From the NCBI GenBank assembly GCA_963704385.1, contig OY969904.1, positions 4,908,825 through 4,972,824 on the forward strand: 64,000 nt of DNA. The letters are read 5' to 3'. This document shows, piece after piece, positions 9,564 to 20,454 of this stretch (the first letter of the stretch is position 1; every line of letters begins with the position of its first letter). Source of the DNA: an uncultured Solirubrobacterales bacterium (GTDB lineage Bacteria > Actinomycetota > Thermoleophilia > Solirubrobacterales > Solirubrobacteraceae). The notes under the pieces are model-generated. The model ran no database searches. It had not been told where the DNA came from and saw only the letters and a list, made by a program, of their open reading frames with translations. The position numbers and the translations under genes were made by a program.

Positions 9564-10523
9564 CTAAAACACCGCCACCGGATTCCACGGCGAACCCGTC
9601 CCGCCGTGAATCAGAAGCGGCAGCCCCACGACCATGAACTCGTACCGCCCCTCCTCATCACACGCTGCGGCGAGGTCTTCAAACTGGAGGCTGTCGGCAA
9701 CGAACATTCCCATGGCGACGACCTGCAAGGGATGGATCGGGTATGTGATTCCGTCGACAACGCTCGGGACCGTCTCCCCGTCCCCGTCGGGGAGAAACGC
9801 GGCGATGCGCTTCTCGTGCATCCAGGGGACAGCATCGACGTGGATGCCGGCCTTGCCGTCGCCTTCAGGTCCGTTGTCCCAAGGCCCCCGCTCGAGACGC
9901 CTTCGGTGATGCCCCGTCCTGAGCACCAGGATGTCGCCCTCGCCCAATTCGACCTCTTCTGCAGCGGCGCACTGCTCTAGCTCGGCGCGAGTGACCGCAT
10001 CGCCCGGTTCAAGCCACTTGCAGCTCCGGAGGCGCGGGATGTCCAGCAGCACTCCGCGACCCACCAGTCCGTCGCGGTACACGGTCACATCCTGGGCCGT
10101 GGCGCCCGTGCTCTTCATCACTTCGTTCGCGTCACGCCCGTTATACGTCTTCCCGTCGTACGAGATGTGACAGAGGGCGTCCATGTGTGTGTGGGCGTCG
10201 CCGTGGCACCCCATCCCCAGGAAATCCAGGGCGAACCTGACCTTGCTTCCGTCGACGGGTACGTCATGCGCCTGGATGACGAACTGAATCGCAGGCTGTG
10301 GATTGTCAAGGCCGGCGACGGTATTGATCGGGATCCCCATCGAGACTCTCCGACCCGAGGTAACGAGCCGCGCGGCCGCCGCGACCTTGTCCGGCGTCAG
10401 GTAGTTCATCGTTCCGAGCTCGTCATCGGGGCCCCACCGGTCCCAGTTCTTGACCTCCTCGAAGATTCGCTCGAACTCTTCAACGCTCACCATGTCCCGC
10501 TTGGACTCTTCAACGCTGACCAT
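9564..10523 (-). CDS. Cyclase family protein (kynurenine formamidase-like metal hydrolase)
   Basis: NWDRWGPDDELGTMN, HGDAHTHMDALCH, GRGVLLDIP, GDILVLRTG, GTGSPWNP; real start may be second ATG at 10493. Confidence 0.9.
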   Translation of the reverse strand: MVSVEESKRDMVSVEEFERIFEEVKNWDRWGPDDELGTMNYLTPDKVAAAARLVTSGRRVSMGIPINTVAGLDNPQPAIQFVIQAHDVPVDGSKVRFALDFLGMGCHGDAHTHMDALCHISYDGKTYNGRDANEVMKSTGATAQDVTVYRDGLVGRGVLLDIPRLRSCKWLEPGDAVTRAELEQCAAAEEVELGEGDILVLRTGHHRRRLERGPWDNGPEGDGKAGIHVDAVPWMHEKRIAAFLPDGDGETVPSVVDGITYPIHPLQVVAMGMFVADSLQFEDLAAACDEEGRYEFMVVGLPLLIHGGTGSPWNPVAVF

Positions 10524-10529
10524 GTCGTT

Positions 10530-11684
10530 TCACGCTCCCATGCCCGCGGTCTGGCTGCCATAGCGAGCACACACCGGCCACACGTCGACGATCCGTGGGC
10601 CGTCGGCGACGTAATACATGTCGTAGAGGTTTACGGTCGTCGGGCCGTAGCCCGGCATCAGCTCGACGGTGTCGCCCACGTCGAGGTCGGCGGCCAGCTC
10701 GATGGCCGTGTGCTCTTCGTGGATGAAGTGCTCGCCGTGCTCAAAGCGGATCCTGCCCACGTCGCCCACCAGCTCCGGAACGGTGCGGTCGATACCGATC
10801 GACTTGCGTCCACAGTCGAGTACGGCCATCTGGCCGGTTCTCGAGACTACTGAGGAGAGCACCGTCAACGCCACCTCAAACCCTGGAACGAGATTTCGGT
10901 GGAACGCGTCCGTGAAGATGTACGAGCCCGCGTGAATCTCGGTTATGCGTGCGTTCGCTCCGGTGATATCCCAAGTCCCAAACCCGCCGGCGGCGATGAT
11001 CCCGGTGGGCAGCCCACGGCGCTCGAACTCGTCTGCAAGCTCCAGGAGTGCGGCGTTTGCTGCCAGCGTCTTTGTGACACGCAGCTCACGGTCGGGCTCC
11101 AACATGCAGTGCCCTTCGTATCCGAACAGCCCGGCTACCTCCAGGCCGGGCTGTCGCCGAATCAATTGCGCGAGGCTGACCGCCTCGTCGTGGCTTCGAA
11201 CGCCGGCGCGATGAAGACCGACGTCGAATTCGACCAGTACCGCTATCTCGCTCCCCGCGCGTTGGGCTGCGGCCGACAGCTCATAGGCGTTCGTTGCACT
11301 GTCCACGCTCACGAGTACGCGTGCGAGCGCCGCAATCCGCGCTAACTCGGCCGCTTTAACCGGACCCACCACCTGGTTTGCAACCAGAATGTCCGACAGC
11401 CCGGCGTCCACCATCACGCTCGCCTCCCAGACGGTCGCCGTGGTCAGCCCGATCGCGCCGGCTTCGATCTGCATGCGCCCCAGGATCGGGCTCTTGTGGA
11501 TCTTGGCATGGGGCCGCAGTGCTGCAGGCAGTCCGGCCATACGGTCGGCCATCTCGCGCAGGTTGCTTCTCACGCGAGGTAGATCCACGATCAGCGCCGG
11601 AGTGGGGGGCGCGTTGCGAGGGCCGCCAACGAAGCTGCGTGCGGCCTCGAGCCTGTCAGTCGTCAAGCCAGCCTCTGTTGCCAT
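10530..11684 (-). CDS. Fold-type III PLP enzyme (DSD1 / D-threonine aldolase family), copy 1
   Basis: TPALIVD, LRPHAKIHKS, GYEGH, TEIHAGSY, HEEH; GAGGAGG SD before ATG 11684. Confidence 0.9.
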   Translation of the reverse strand: MATEAGLTTDRLEAARSFVGGPRNAPPTPALIVDLPRVRSNLREMADRMAGLPAALRPHAKIHKSPILGRMQIEAGAIGLTTATVWEASVMVDAGLSDILVANQVVGPVKAAELARIAALARVLVSVDSATNAYELSAAAQRAGSEIAVLVEFDVGLHRAGVRSHDEAVSLAQLIRRQPGLEVAGLFGYEGHCMLEPDRELRVTKTLAANAALLELADEFERRGLPTGIIAAGGFGTWDITGANARITEIHAGSYIFTDAFHRNLVPGFEVALTVLSSVVSRTGQMAVLDCGRKSIGIDRTVPELVGDVGRIRFEHGEHFIHEEHTAIELAADLDVGDTVELMPGYGPTTVNLYDMYYVADGPRIVDVWPVCARYGSQTAGMGA

Positions 11685-12090
11685 CGACGTCCTCCTCGAA
11701 TTTGAATTCAGTGCACTCGATTGGCACTCCGAAACGGGGCGGGCCCGGCACGAACGCCGACGCTCGGCCACGACCGGAAGCAAAGTTCATCTGCGCGTCG
11801 TGTTCCTCGGCGAGGCCGCGCGCGTCGGCCTCCACATCGTCAACTCCGAAGCAGATATGGTGGAGCCCTTCACCCTGCTGCGCCAGGTGAGCGGCGACGG
11901 CGCTGTCGTCGTCCAGCGGCTCTACCAACTGGATGTACGCGTTGCCCGCATCGAGGTATGTCAGCCGCACATGCGGGCGAGCGAGCACTTCCGCCGAGAC
12001 GACCGATAGGCCCAGCTGTCCGCAGAAGTGCGAGAGCGCGCGCTCGGTGTCGGCCACGGCGACAGCCACGTGGTCCAGCCGCCGAATCAT
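11656..12090 (-). CDS. VOC family protein (methylmalonyl-CoA epimerase-like)
   Basis: LDHVAVAV, IQLVEP, GEGLHHICFGVDD. Confidence 0.85.
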   Translation of the reverse strand: MIRRLDHVAVAVADTERALSHFCGQLGLSVVSAEVLARPHVRLTYLDAGNAYIQLVEPLDDDSAVAAHLAQQGEGLHHICFGVDDVEADARGLAEEHDAQMNFASGRGRASAFVPGPPRFGVPIECTEFKFEEDVDGNRGWLDD

Positions 12091-12932
12091 GCTCGCCTCC
12101 CGTTGTAGAGCACAAGCTTGCGGGCCACCACGCCTCTCACCGCCTCCTGCTGACGCTCGTGCAGGTCAAAAAGACGGGAGCCATCCAGGGCCTCGTGCAT
12201 GTGCCGCTCGGAGGCAGCCAGATATGCCTCGCGCAGCTCGGTGTTGACGTTTACCTTCGCCACGCCGAGCGCGATGGCCTGACGGAGATCCTCATCTGGT
12301 ATCCCCGATGCTCCATGCAGGGAAAGAGGCACCGCGGTGGCATCGCGCACGGCCTCCAGCCGGACCCAGTCGAGCTGCGGCGGCTGCGCGTACGTCCCAT
12401 GGACGTTCCCGACGGAAACGGCCAGGCACGCGGCGCCGGTGTCTGCAGCGAAGCGCGCGGCCTCGTCGGGATCGGTGAGCTGCCCGGACTCCGCCCGCTC
12501 GGCCACGTCCTCGCCTCCTGCCACGTGTCCCAGCTCGGCCTCCACGTGAGCTCCATACCCACTCGCGAGGGCGACCGCGCGCGCAACGAGCTCACGGTTC
12601 TCGTCCAACGGCAACCTCGAGCCGTCGGCCATCAGAGCACCGCAGCCCAGTCGGAGGGCGCGCTCCATGAGCTCGAGGTCGCCAACGTGATCCAGCTCTA
12701 CGCAGCAGCGGACACCTGAGGTGTCGGCCGCCGCGACCAGCGCCGCCAGCAGCTGGTCGCCACCAGGCGCCGCGAACGCGCCCCTGCTCACGAGGAGCAT
12801 GACAGGCACCCCGGCTTCCCCCGCCGCGGCCAGCACCGCGGTTGCGGTCTCGAGGTCGTAGCTGGTGAAGGCGCCCAACGCGGCGCACCGCGAGCGGCGG
12901 TCCGTCAGGAGCGCGGGCAACGAGGCGATCAT
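12087..12932 (-). CDS. Class II fructose/tagatose-bisphosphate aldolase family
   Basis: ELDH, MADGS, VEAELGHVAGGED, LAVSVGNVHG, PLSLHGASG, KVNVNTELR. Confidence 0.9.
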   Translation of the reverse strand: MIASLPALLTDRRSRCAALGAFTSYDLETATAVLAAAGEAGVPVMLLVSRGAFAAPGGDQLLAALVAAADTSGVRCCVELDHVGDLELMERALRLGCGALMADGSRLPLDENRELVARAVALASGYGAHVEAELGHVAGGEDVAERAESGQLTDPDEAARFAADTGAACLAVSVGNVHGTYAQPPQLDWVRLEAVRDATAVPLSLHGASGIPDEDLRQAIALGVAKVNVNTELREAYLAASERHMHEALDGSRLFDLHERQQEAVRGVVARKLVLYNGRRA

Positions 12933-14197
12933 CGCTCCGGGGCGAGCATGTCGACGACGTCCGCCAGCGCCTCGTCGGCGCCGACGTTGCCGGGAAAGAC
13001 CACGTACGAGATCCGACTGCACTCAGGCGTCATGACGCTCCACAGCGAGATCCCCGGCGCGACCGGGCCGATCACATCCGCCTCCTGCGCGCCGAGGCCG
13101 TGGCTGAGATTGACTGCGGAGGTGATGCCCCCCTTCGACAGCACCACGTCGACATGGGTTCGAAGCTCGGCGACGACCCGCGCCAGGCGGCGGGCAAGCC
13201 GCTCGCCGTGCGCGAGGCCGCGATCGTCACGCTCGCGCGAAGTCGCCACGATCGCGAGGCCGCCCGACGAGATCAGCTCTGCTGCCGCCCGAACGGCTAC
13301 AGCGACTGCGCCATCAGAGCTAGCGGGCTCACGACTATCCAGCTCGACCAGGGTGTTTGGCCTGCGAGCGACCAGCCGTTGCAGCTGCCGGGTGGTGGTG
13401 CGGACATAGGACCCACAGACGACGAGCAAGCCGCGCTGTGCGCGCGGTGCCGCCACTACGTCGTGGGCCGTGGTGTGGGCGAGCCGGCCCACGAATGCCG
13501 GTGCGCTGCGAACGATGACTGGAGTTCCCGCGTCGATCGCCGAATGCAAGCCGGCGGCGATGATGTCGAGATCAGCGTCTGTGCAGGCATCGGGCGCGAA
13601 CACGGCGGGCGCGCCTCTCGCAACCTGGCCCAGCGCGGCGGCCACAGCTTCGGGTCCGCCGCCACGAAGCTCTTCCAGGTGAAGCTCGCAGCCGCGAGTT
13701 GCGGCGAAGAATCCCCCTGAGCGCTCCTGCGCCCAGTCGAGGAGGCGGGCAGTCCGGTAGGAGAAGGCGCCGTCGCGCGCGTACTCAGTCTCTTCGAGGG
13801 GAGTGGTCCGACCGTTGCGCTGCAAGAGGTGGACGCCAGCGACCGTGACTCGCCCGGCCGCGGGCAGCGCGGGCACGAGCATGAGCGCAGTGTCGCGACC
13901 CTCGAACGCAGCATCCCGCAGGCCGCGGTATTCCTCCAGGAGGTGCGCTCGCAGCGTGCTGTCACCGCGAAGCGCAACCTCTGCCTCGGGAAGGTTCGCG
14001 ACGGCGGCCTCCGACGCCTCGCGGACCACCCGGTAGGCGTTCTCGGGCTCGAGCGCCCGGCTATTCGTCAGAAGGTGAACGGCGCGGGGGCGGCGCTCAG
14101 CGACGCGGCGCAAGAGAGGCCCGCTCCATGACACGACCACCGGCACGTCGGCCTCCGCTTGCGCGCCCGTGGGGTCGTCGTCGATGACGGCCAGCAC
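12929..14197 (-). CDS. Four-carbon acid sugar kinase family (DUF1537/NBD)
   Basis: IDDDPTGAQ, LTNSRAL, RGDSTLRAH, VVLSKGGITS, FPGNVG; GTG start at 14197. Confidence 0.88.
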   Translation of the reverse strand: MLAVIDDDPTGAQAEADVPVVVSWSGPLLRRVAERRPRAVHLLTNSRALEPENAYRVVREASEAAVANLPEAEVALRGDSTLRAHLLEEYRGLRDAAFEGRDTALMLVPALPAAGRVTVAGVHLLQRNGRTTPLEETEYARDGAFSYRTARLLDWAQERSGGFFAATRGCELHLEELRGGGPEAVAAALGQVARGAPAVFAPDACTDADLDIIAAGLHSAIDAGTPVIVRSAPAFVGRLAHTTAHDVVAAPRAQRGLLVVCGSYVRTTTRQLQRLVARRPNTLVELDSREPASSDGAVAVAVRAAAELISSGGLAIVATSRERDDRGLAHGERLARRLARVVAELRTHVDVVLSKGGITSAVNLSHGLGAQEADVIGPVAPGISLWSVMTPECSRISYVVFPGNVGADEALADVVDMLAPER

Positions 14198-15213
14198 TAC
14201 TGCTCGTCGGCTGCCGCCAGCGCGGCGGCAACGTCGATGATCATGTCCTCTTGTCCGACGACCGCGTGCCGACGGCCCAACTCCACGATGATCTTTCGCG
14301 GATCTACCGAGAAGCGATCGCCCGCGCGGAGCGTATGCAGCAGGAAGCTCGCTGGTACGCCGACGTAGCCGAGGGTGCCGGTGAACCGGTCGATGTCGAT
14401 TGGGCCCGGCATGAGCTCCTTGCGCACGTAGCCGTCCGCCAGATCCTGTGCCCGCCACATGTCCACACCGGTCTCGATGCCGACACGGTCCAGGATGGCG
14501 AGCAATGGCTCCATCTGGCAGTTGCCCGCGCCGGCCCCCATGCCTGCGAGAGTGACGTCGACGATCGTCGCGCCCTCCTCCACGGCCGCGAAGCTGTTGG
14601 CAACGGCGAGTGAGAGGTTGTTGTGCGCGTGCATCCCGATCGCGATGTCGGACGGGAGCACGTCTCGAAGCGCATTCACCCGTGCCCGGACGTCATCCGG
14701 AAGCAGCGCGCCCGCCGAGTCGACGATGTAGACGGCCTGGCTGCCCGCGTCCGAGACGATTCGGCCGCCCTCCGCGAAGCGCTTGGCGTCCGCGACGCTC
14801 GCCATGTTGAGATGGCTGTGCGCCTCCATCCCCAGCTCGCGCGCCAGAGCCAGGTGCTGGATGCCGATGTCCGCCTCGGTACACACCGTCGAGACCCGCA
14901 CGACGGACGCGCCGGCCTCACGAGCGAGTTCGAGCTCGCGCTTGGTCCCGATCCCCGGCAGGAGCGCGACGGCGATGCGCGCCCGTTTTACCACCGCGGA
15001 CGCAGCGCCGATCAGCACCTCGTCAGGGTAGGCGGGAAAACCGTACTGCCGGGATGCGGCGCCTAGTCCGTCCCCGTGACCAACCGCCACCGCCCAGACC
15101 CCGGCCTCGTCGAGTCCCTTCGCGACGGTGGCCACCTGCTCGGGCGTGAACTGGTGCGCGACCGAGTGGGATCCGTCGCGCACGGTCGTGTCGATGATCC
15201 GGACCGTGGTCAT
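14197..15213 (-). CDS. dmpG: 4-hydroxy-2-oxovalerate aldolase
   Basis: [46 protein letters not shown]. Confidence 0.93.
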   Translation of the reverse strand: MTTVRIIDTTVRDGSHSVAHQFTPEQVATVAKGLDEAGVWAVAVGHGDGLGAASRQYGFPAYPDEVLIGAASAVVKRARIAVALLPGIGTKRELELAREAGASVVRVSTVCTEADIGIQHLALARELGMEAHSHLNMASVADAKRFAEGGRIVSDAGSQAVYIVDSAGALLPDDVRARVNALRDVLPSDIAIGMHAHNNLSLAVANSFAAVEEGATIVDVTLAGMGAGAGNCQMEPLLAILDRVGIETGVDMWRAQDLADGYVRKELMPGPIDIDRFTGTLGYVGVPASFLLHTLRAGDRFSVDPRKIIVELGRRHAVVGQEDMIIDVAAALAAADEQ

Positions 15214-16091
15214 GCGGCGACCGTCCTGAGCGCGTGGCGCTCCGCGACGCGGATCGCGGCCGCCGTCATGATGTCGAGGTTGCCCGCGTACTCGGGCAGA
15301 TAGTCGCCGGCGCCGACGACCTCGAGCAGCACGGTGATCCGCCCATCGTCCACCAGCGGCGGCGCCGTAAGTCTGTACCCGGGGACGTACGCCGCAACCT
15401 CTTCAACCATTCGCTCGATCGCGGCTGAAGCCTCGTCCGGCTCGATACTCGCAGCGTCGAGGTAGACCGTGTTGCGCATCGCGATCGGGGGATCTGCGGG
15501 ATTTAGCAGGATGATCGCCTTGCCGCGGTCGGCCCGGCCCACGGATTCCAGACTTCGCGCGGTCGAGATCGTGAACTCGTCGATGTTCTGACGCGTCCCC
15601 GGCCCGGCCGAATAGGACGAGATCGTCGAGACGATCTCCGCATACTCCACCGGGGCTGTCCTCGAGACCGCGGCGACGATCGGGACGGTGGCCTGGGCTC
15701 CGCACGTCACGAGATTTATGTCGGCGGCGTCAAGGTTCTCTTCGAGATCGACTGCCGGGATCACCGCCGGTCCGAGCGCGGCCGGTGTCAGATCGACCGA
15801 CGCGATCCCGCGCTGGGCGAGGAGAGCGGCATGGGCCGAGTGCGCCCTCGCAGAGGTCGCGTCGAACGCGAGATCGATCCGCTCGACCTTCTTGAGGAGA
15901 TCGGGGAGCCCCTGGTCTGTCGTCGGATGACCTCGTCGCTTGGCAAGCCCCAAGCCGTCCGAATTCGGATCGATGCCCGCCACACCGGCGACCTCGAGCA
16001 ACGCGCTGCGCTCGACCTTGTACATGAGGTCTGTGCCGATGTTCCCTGAGCCGATGATCGCGACCCGCAGCTTGGATGTCGGCTCAGACAC
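15210..16091 (-). CDS. dmpF: Acetaldehyde dehydrogenase (acylating)
   Basis: [50 protein letters not shown]. Confidence 0.93.
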   Translation of the reverse strand: MSEPTSKLRVAIIGSGNIGTDLMYKVERSALLEVAGVAGIDPNSDGLGLAKRRGHPTTDQGLPDLLKKVERIDLAFDATSARAHSAHAALLAQRGIASVDLTPAALGPAVIPAVDLEENLDAADINLVTCGAQATVPIVAAVSRTAPVEYAEIVSTISSYSAGPGTRQNIDEFTISTARSLESVGRADRGKAIILLNPADPPIAMRNTVYLDAASIEPDEASAAIERMVEEVAAYVPGYRLTAPPLVDDGRITVLLEVVGAGDYLPEYAGNLDIMTAAAIRVAERHALRTVAA

Positions 16092-17382
16092 GGGAGTTGG
16101 TGTGGTTGAGTCGCCGTTGCCAACCCCGCAGCCCGCGAAAGCGATCCGCGCGAAACGGCTCAAGAATCTCTGGACGCGTCCCTGTGCTCACAAACTGAGC
16201 TATCTGCAGGCCGGCCGGCGCGCCGATCGAGACGCCCTGCATCGAACCGCCGGTGGCCAGGTAGACGTTTGCATAGCCCGGCGCGCGGTCCAAGACCGGG
16301 AGCCCGTCGGGTGCAATCGGTCGCATCCCGGCCCACTCGTGGTCGACCTCGGGGGTTGCCCACTCCACGAACGAGCGGCGCGCGCCTCGAATCGTGGCGT
16401 CGATACGCCGACGATCGAGCCTCGTGTTCAGGCCGCTGAACTCCATCGTGCCGCCGATGCGCATGCGATCGCCAAACGGTGTGCAACCAACGTGCACGTC
16501 GGCAAGCAAGATCGCGTGGCGGGGCACGACGGTCGGAGTGACGAAGAAGCTGTAGCCCTTCCCGGCCTGCATCGGGAGCGAGACTCCGAGCATCTTCGCC
16601 AGCGGCTGGGTCGCCGCCCCCGCAGCGACCACGTAATCCCGCGCGCTGAACTCGTCGGTGGCCGTGCGGACCGTGGCGACGTGGCCGTCGGCGGTGACGA
16701 AGTCGACCACCTCCGCCGCCTCGATGATCTCCACTCCCATTCGGCGCAGCGCGTCAGCCAGCCCGCCGGTATACGAGTCTGGTCGCACGTGCCAGTGCTG
16801 GCGGATTTCAAAGCCGGCCTGCACGATCGGCGCGAGTGCCGGCTCGAGCTCGTGCAACTCAGGTCCGGTGATGATGTCGTCTGGCAGCTCGTAGCCGTAG
16901 TCGCGCATCGGCTTCAGCTTCTCGAGTTCGTGGGCAGCCACGGCGGGTGTTTGTGTCGCGAAGACCATTCCCTGCCGGTAGAGCTCGAACTCAACGCCAT
17001 CCGCGGCCAGCTCCTCCACCAGCTCAAACACCCCCTGGCTGAGGCTGGCCCACGCCGCGAGGCCGTGGCGATAGGAGCGCTCATTGCAATAGGTGATGAA
17101 CTGGAGCAGCCACGGTGCAACCTGCGCGGAGCTGGCGGGGGCGAAATACAGCGGCGAATCGGCGTGGAACATCGCGCGCAGGCCATAGAGCGTGAGGCCG
17201 GGCTCCGGCAGCGGACCTGCCTGAGCCGGGCACAGCCAGCCGCCGCTCCCCCATGTGGCGCCGCTCCCGACCCGATTCGACTCGATCACAGTCACCTCGA
17301 AGTCAAGCCGCCGCAGGTAGTAGGCACAGCAGAGACCGGCCACCCCTGCGCCCACGACGATCACCCGGCGCTCCGAGGTCAC
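16084..17382 (-). CDS. FAD-dependent D-amino acid dehydrogenase/oxidase family (DadA-like)
   Basis: [31 protein letters not shown]; GTG 17382 overlaps RidA stop. Confidence 0.9.
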   Translation of the reverse strand: MTSERRVIVVGAGVAGLCCAYYLRRLDFEVTVIESNRVGSGATWGSGGWLCPAQAGPLPEPGLTLYGLRAMFHADSPLYFAPASSAQVAPWLLQFITYCNERSYRHGLAAWASLSQGVFELVEELAADGVEFELYRQGMVFATQTPAVAAHELEKLKPMRDYGYELPDDIITGPELHELEPALAPIVQAGFEIRQHWHVRPDSYTGGLADALRRMGVEIIEAAEVVDFVTADGHVATVRTATDEFSARDYVVAAGAATQPLAKMLGVSLPMQAGKGYSFFVTPTVVPRHAILLADVHVGCTPFGDRMRIGGTMEFSGLNTRLDRRRIDATIRGARRSFVEWATPEVDHEWAGMRPIAPDGLPVLDRAPGYANVYLATGGSMQGVSIGAPAGLQIAQFVSTGTRPEILEPFRADRFRGLRGWQRRLNHTNSRV

Positions 17383-17795
17383 CCCGCCACCGCCGCCGTC
17401 ACCTGTATCTCCACCAGCAGCCCGGGAACCGGAAAGCCCGCCACGGTTGTGGTTCTCGCGGGGCGCGGCGGGAGGAAGGACTCGGCGAAAACCGCGTTCC
17501 AGGCCCCGAAGTCCGCCGAACGTGCCAGGTAGCACTCAACACGCAGCACATGAGCAGGGCTCGAGCCACCGTCCTCTAGCACGCGAAAAATGTCGAGCAG
17601 CACGGATTTCGCTTGCTGAACAAACTCCGCGGATCGGACTTGCAGCGTCGCCGGATCGACATCAGCCCGGCCCGATAGATACAGCGTCCCGTTCCACTCC
17701 GTGGCGTCCGCGATGAGTGGCTCGGCCGCTCCCATCGTCGACCCGGTGCCCAGCACCAGATGCCGTGGTCCATCGTCCAAGCGACCCTTACTCAT
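17379..17795 (-). CDS. RidA/Rid family imine/enamine deaminase
   Basis: LYLSG, DFGAWNAVFAESF..PRPARTT, LVEIQVTA (catalytic Arg present). Confidence 0.88.
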   Translation of the reverse strand: MSKGRLDDGPRHLVLGTGSTMGAAEPLIADATEWNGTLYLSGRADVDPATLQVRSAEFVQQAKSVLLDIFRVLEDGGSSPAHVLRVECYLARSADFGAWNAVFAESFLPPRPARTTTVAGFPVPGLLVEIQVTAAVAG

Positions 17796-17810
17796 GACCT
17801 AGCGGCGTAA

Positions 17811-17823
17811 GGTCATCAGACCA
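17811..17823. promoter_or_regulatory. Candidate FadR-family operator
   Basis: GGTCATCAGACCA resembles PdhR/LldR-type sites; between divergent ridA and regulator. Confidence 0.45.
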
Positions 17824-17916
17824 CATGATCAGCGGACTATAGTCCCCCCTGCCGGGCGCCCGCGACGCGGCCCAAACGAACAAACGACATGACAACTCCA
17901 GCTAACTTGGCACGGC

Positions 17917-18648
17917 ATGGCGCTCACGCAGCGGACTGAAGTCCGCCCCGAGCTGTCGCTCAAGCGGGCGTCGCGTCAAAAACTCGCCGAGACCGTGGCG
18001 CAGCAGCTGCTCGAGGCGATCCACGATCTGCCGCCTGGGACGCGACTGCCGCCGGAGCGCGAGCTTACGCGGGAGCTCGGCGTGGGCCGCTCCACGGTCA
18101 GGGAGGCGCTCAACGGTCTAGCGCTGATGGGCACAGTCGACATCCGCCACGGTCAAGGCGTGTTTGTGGCAGACCGCAGCAGCCAGGAGGCGCGCACGCC
18201 GGACGCGCTCGAGCGCGCATTGATGAAGGGCGTCACTCGCGAATTTCTTGAGGCACGACTAGTGGTCGAGGTGGAGATAGCACGATTTGCAGCCGTGCGG
18301 CGCACAGACGCCGATCTCGAACAGATCGCAGAGACGATCGAGGACCTCAAACAGGCGCTGGACGCGCCCACAAGGGACGCCCTCAAACCGGCGACGGGGT
18401 TCAACCTTGCGGTAGCGGAGGCAGCGCATAACGAGGTCCTCGCCGGCGTCATGCGACCATTCATAGAGTTGATGATCGAGCGCGCGCCTGCTCTGTACGA
18501 ACAGGCCGACTTCCGGCGCTGGGATATCGAGGACCACACGCGGATATACGAGGCAATCCGCGACGCCGACCCGGAGCTCGCAGCCGAGCGTATGCGGGAG
18601 CACATCATCACGATCGGCGAGCAGTACAAGCGGGCGGGCGAGGCCTAG
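17917..18648 (+). CDS. FadR/GntR family regulator (FCD domain)
   Basis: RLPPERELTRELGVGRSTVREAL, EARLVVEVEIA, DHTRIYEAI. Confidence 0.93.
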   Translation: MALTQRTEVRPELSLKRASRQKLAETVAQQLLEAIHDLPPGTRLPPERELTRELGVGRSTVREALNGLALMGTVDIRHGQGVFVADRSSQEARTPDALERALMKGVTREFLEARLVVEVEIARFAAVRRTDADLEQIAETIEDLKQALDAPTRDALKPATGFNLAVAEAAHNEVLAGVMRPFIELMIERAPALYEQADFRRWDIEDHTRIYEAIRDADPELAAERMREHIITIGEQYKRAGEA

Positions 18649-18716
18649 GACCTTCGCTGGGCTTCGCTCTAGTGGGCCCGGGCGATGGCCGGACGCGATT
18701 TCGTCCAGCTACTTCT

Positions 18717-19472
18717 TCACCCGCCCGCGGCCTCAGGAAGGCCGAGCACCTGCCCCCCGTCGACGTGGATGATGTTCCCAGTCGTCCAGGCCGTCTCGGG
18801 TGCAACGAGCAGCCACACCCATGCGGCGATGTCGTCGGACTGTCCCATCCGCCCGAGTGGGAGGCGACGTGCGAGGTCGGCGTACGTGGCGTCGAGGTCG
18901 TCGCTGTAGGTCGCGTGGATTGGCGTGTCGACCGGTCCTGGCGCGATGCAGTTGACCCGGATGCGGTCGGCGGCGAGCTCGTACGCCCAGGCGCGAGTTA
19001 GGTATTCCAGGGCCGCCTTTGAGGAGCCATAGAGCATGCCGCCGGGCTTTACGATCGAACCGACCGAGGAGCTGATGTTCACAACCGCCGCCTCCGGGGA
19101 CTGGCGCAGCGCCGGGAGCGCCGCGGCGAGCAGGAAGAACGGACCGGCGACGTTGACCGCGTAGTGCCGCTCGAACGTCGCTCGGTCGAATGACTCAAGA
19201 GGCCCGTTCCTGATCACGGCCGCGTTGTTGATCAGCACGTCGATGCGCCCGAACGCGCCCAGCGCTTCGTCGACGATCCGACGCGGCGCGGCCGGGTCGC
19301 CGACGTCGGCGGCAAGCGCGAGAGTCCGACCACCGAGTTCCGCGCGCATGGTCTCGAGCGGCTCTTTACGGCGGCCCACGACTACGACCTCAAGACCCTT
19401 CCTGGACAGCAACCGCGCTGCGCCCGCCCCGAGGCCCGTGCCGCCACCGGTCACGATCGCGACTCGGCTCAT
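18717..19472 (-). CDS. SDR oxidoreductase
   Basis: TGGGTGLG, NNAA, YGSSKAA, NCIAPG. Confidence 0.92.
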   Translation of the reverse strand: MSRVAIVTGGGTGLGAGAARLLSRKGLEVVVVGRRKEPLETMRAELGGRTLALAADVGDPAAPRRIVDEALGAFGRIDVLINNAAVIRNGPLESFDRATFERHYAVNVAGPFFLLAAALPALRQSPEAAVVNISSSVGSIVKPGGMLYGSSKAALEYLTRAWAYELAADRIRVNCIAPGPVDTPIHATYSDDLDATYADLARRLPLGRMGQSDDIAAWVWLLVAPETAWTTGNIIHVDGGQVLGLPEAAGG

Positions 19473-19547
19473 GAAGTCATACCGATGTCGCCATTCCGAC
19501 GCCGAGGCTGGGGCTGCGCTCGGTGAGCTCTCGCCCGGTCGTTTGCA

Positions 19548-20435
19548 TCAGGCGGGAACCGCCGTGCGCGAGAGCTCCTGGAAGAGCTCATACGCATCAC
19601 CCGCCGGTGCGCCCTCATGCACTACCTCAGCGACCGCCCGGATCATCGCGGCGGGCGATTCCGACTGGAAAATGTTGCGGCCCATATCGACGCCCGCTGC
19701 GCCTTCCTGGACGGCCCGGTACGCCATCTGGAGAGCATCGAGTTCCGGCAGCTTCTTGCCCCCGGCCATGACGACTGGCACCGGGCAGCCGGCGGTGACT
19801 TGCTCAAACCCTTCCTCGACGTAGTACGTCTTGACCATCTGGGCGCCCAGCTCTGCGCAGATCCGCGTCGCCAGTCCGAGGTAGCGCGCGTCGCGTGTCA
19901 GCTCCTTGCCGACCGCCGTCACGCCGAGAACCGGGATGCCGTACCGGTAGCCCGCGTCGACGAGCCGTGTCATGTTCTCGATCGACTGCGTCTCGTGCTC
20001 GCCGCCGACAAACACCTGGACTGCGACGCTGTGGACGTTCATGCGCGCGGCGTCCTCCATGTCGACGGCGATGCGCTCGTTCGAGAGTTCTCTGAGGATG
20101 CTCGGGCCGCCGCTGCCCCGCATGACGATCCCGCCGCGAAAGGTCGCCGGTATCGTCGAGCGCAGCATTCCGCGCGTCAACATCAGCGCGTCGGCATATG
20201 GCGCGATCGGCACGATGTTCAGGTCGACGCGTTCGAGCCCCGTCGTGGGCCCCTGGAAGTAGCCGTGGTCGATCGCAAGCATCACGGTGCGGCCGGTGTC
20301 TGGCCGAAAGATGCGGGCGAGACGGTTTTTCATCCCCCAGTCGTAGGCACCGGATCCCTTTAGGAAGAAACGCTGGTCGGGAGCGGGGATGTCCGTGTGG
20401 AAGTTTTTCTCCTGCCTGTCGTCTGCCTCGGGCAT
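19548..20435 (-). CDS. lsrF: LsrF (3-hydroxy-5-phosphonooxypentane-2,4-dione thiolase)
   Basis: [57 protein letters not shown] match LsrF throughout. Confidence 0.92.
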   Translation of the reverse strand: MPEADDRQEKNFHTDIPAPDQRFFLKGSGAYDWGMKNRLARIFRPDTGRTVMLAIDHGYFQGPTTGLERVDLNIVPIAPYADALMLTRGMLRSTIPATFRGGIVMRGSGGPSILRELSNERIAVDMEDAARMNVHSVAVQVFVGGEHETQSIENMTRLVDAGYRYGIPVLGVTAVGKELTRDARYLGLATRICAELGAQMVKTYYVEEGFEQVTAGCPVPVVMAGGKKLPELDALQMAYRAVQEGAAGVDMGRNIFQSESPAAMIRAVAEVVHEGAPAGDAYELFQELSRTAVPA

Positions 20436-20454
20436 CGCGGTTCCTTTCGTTGTT

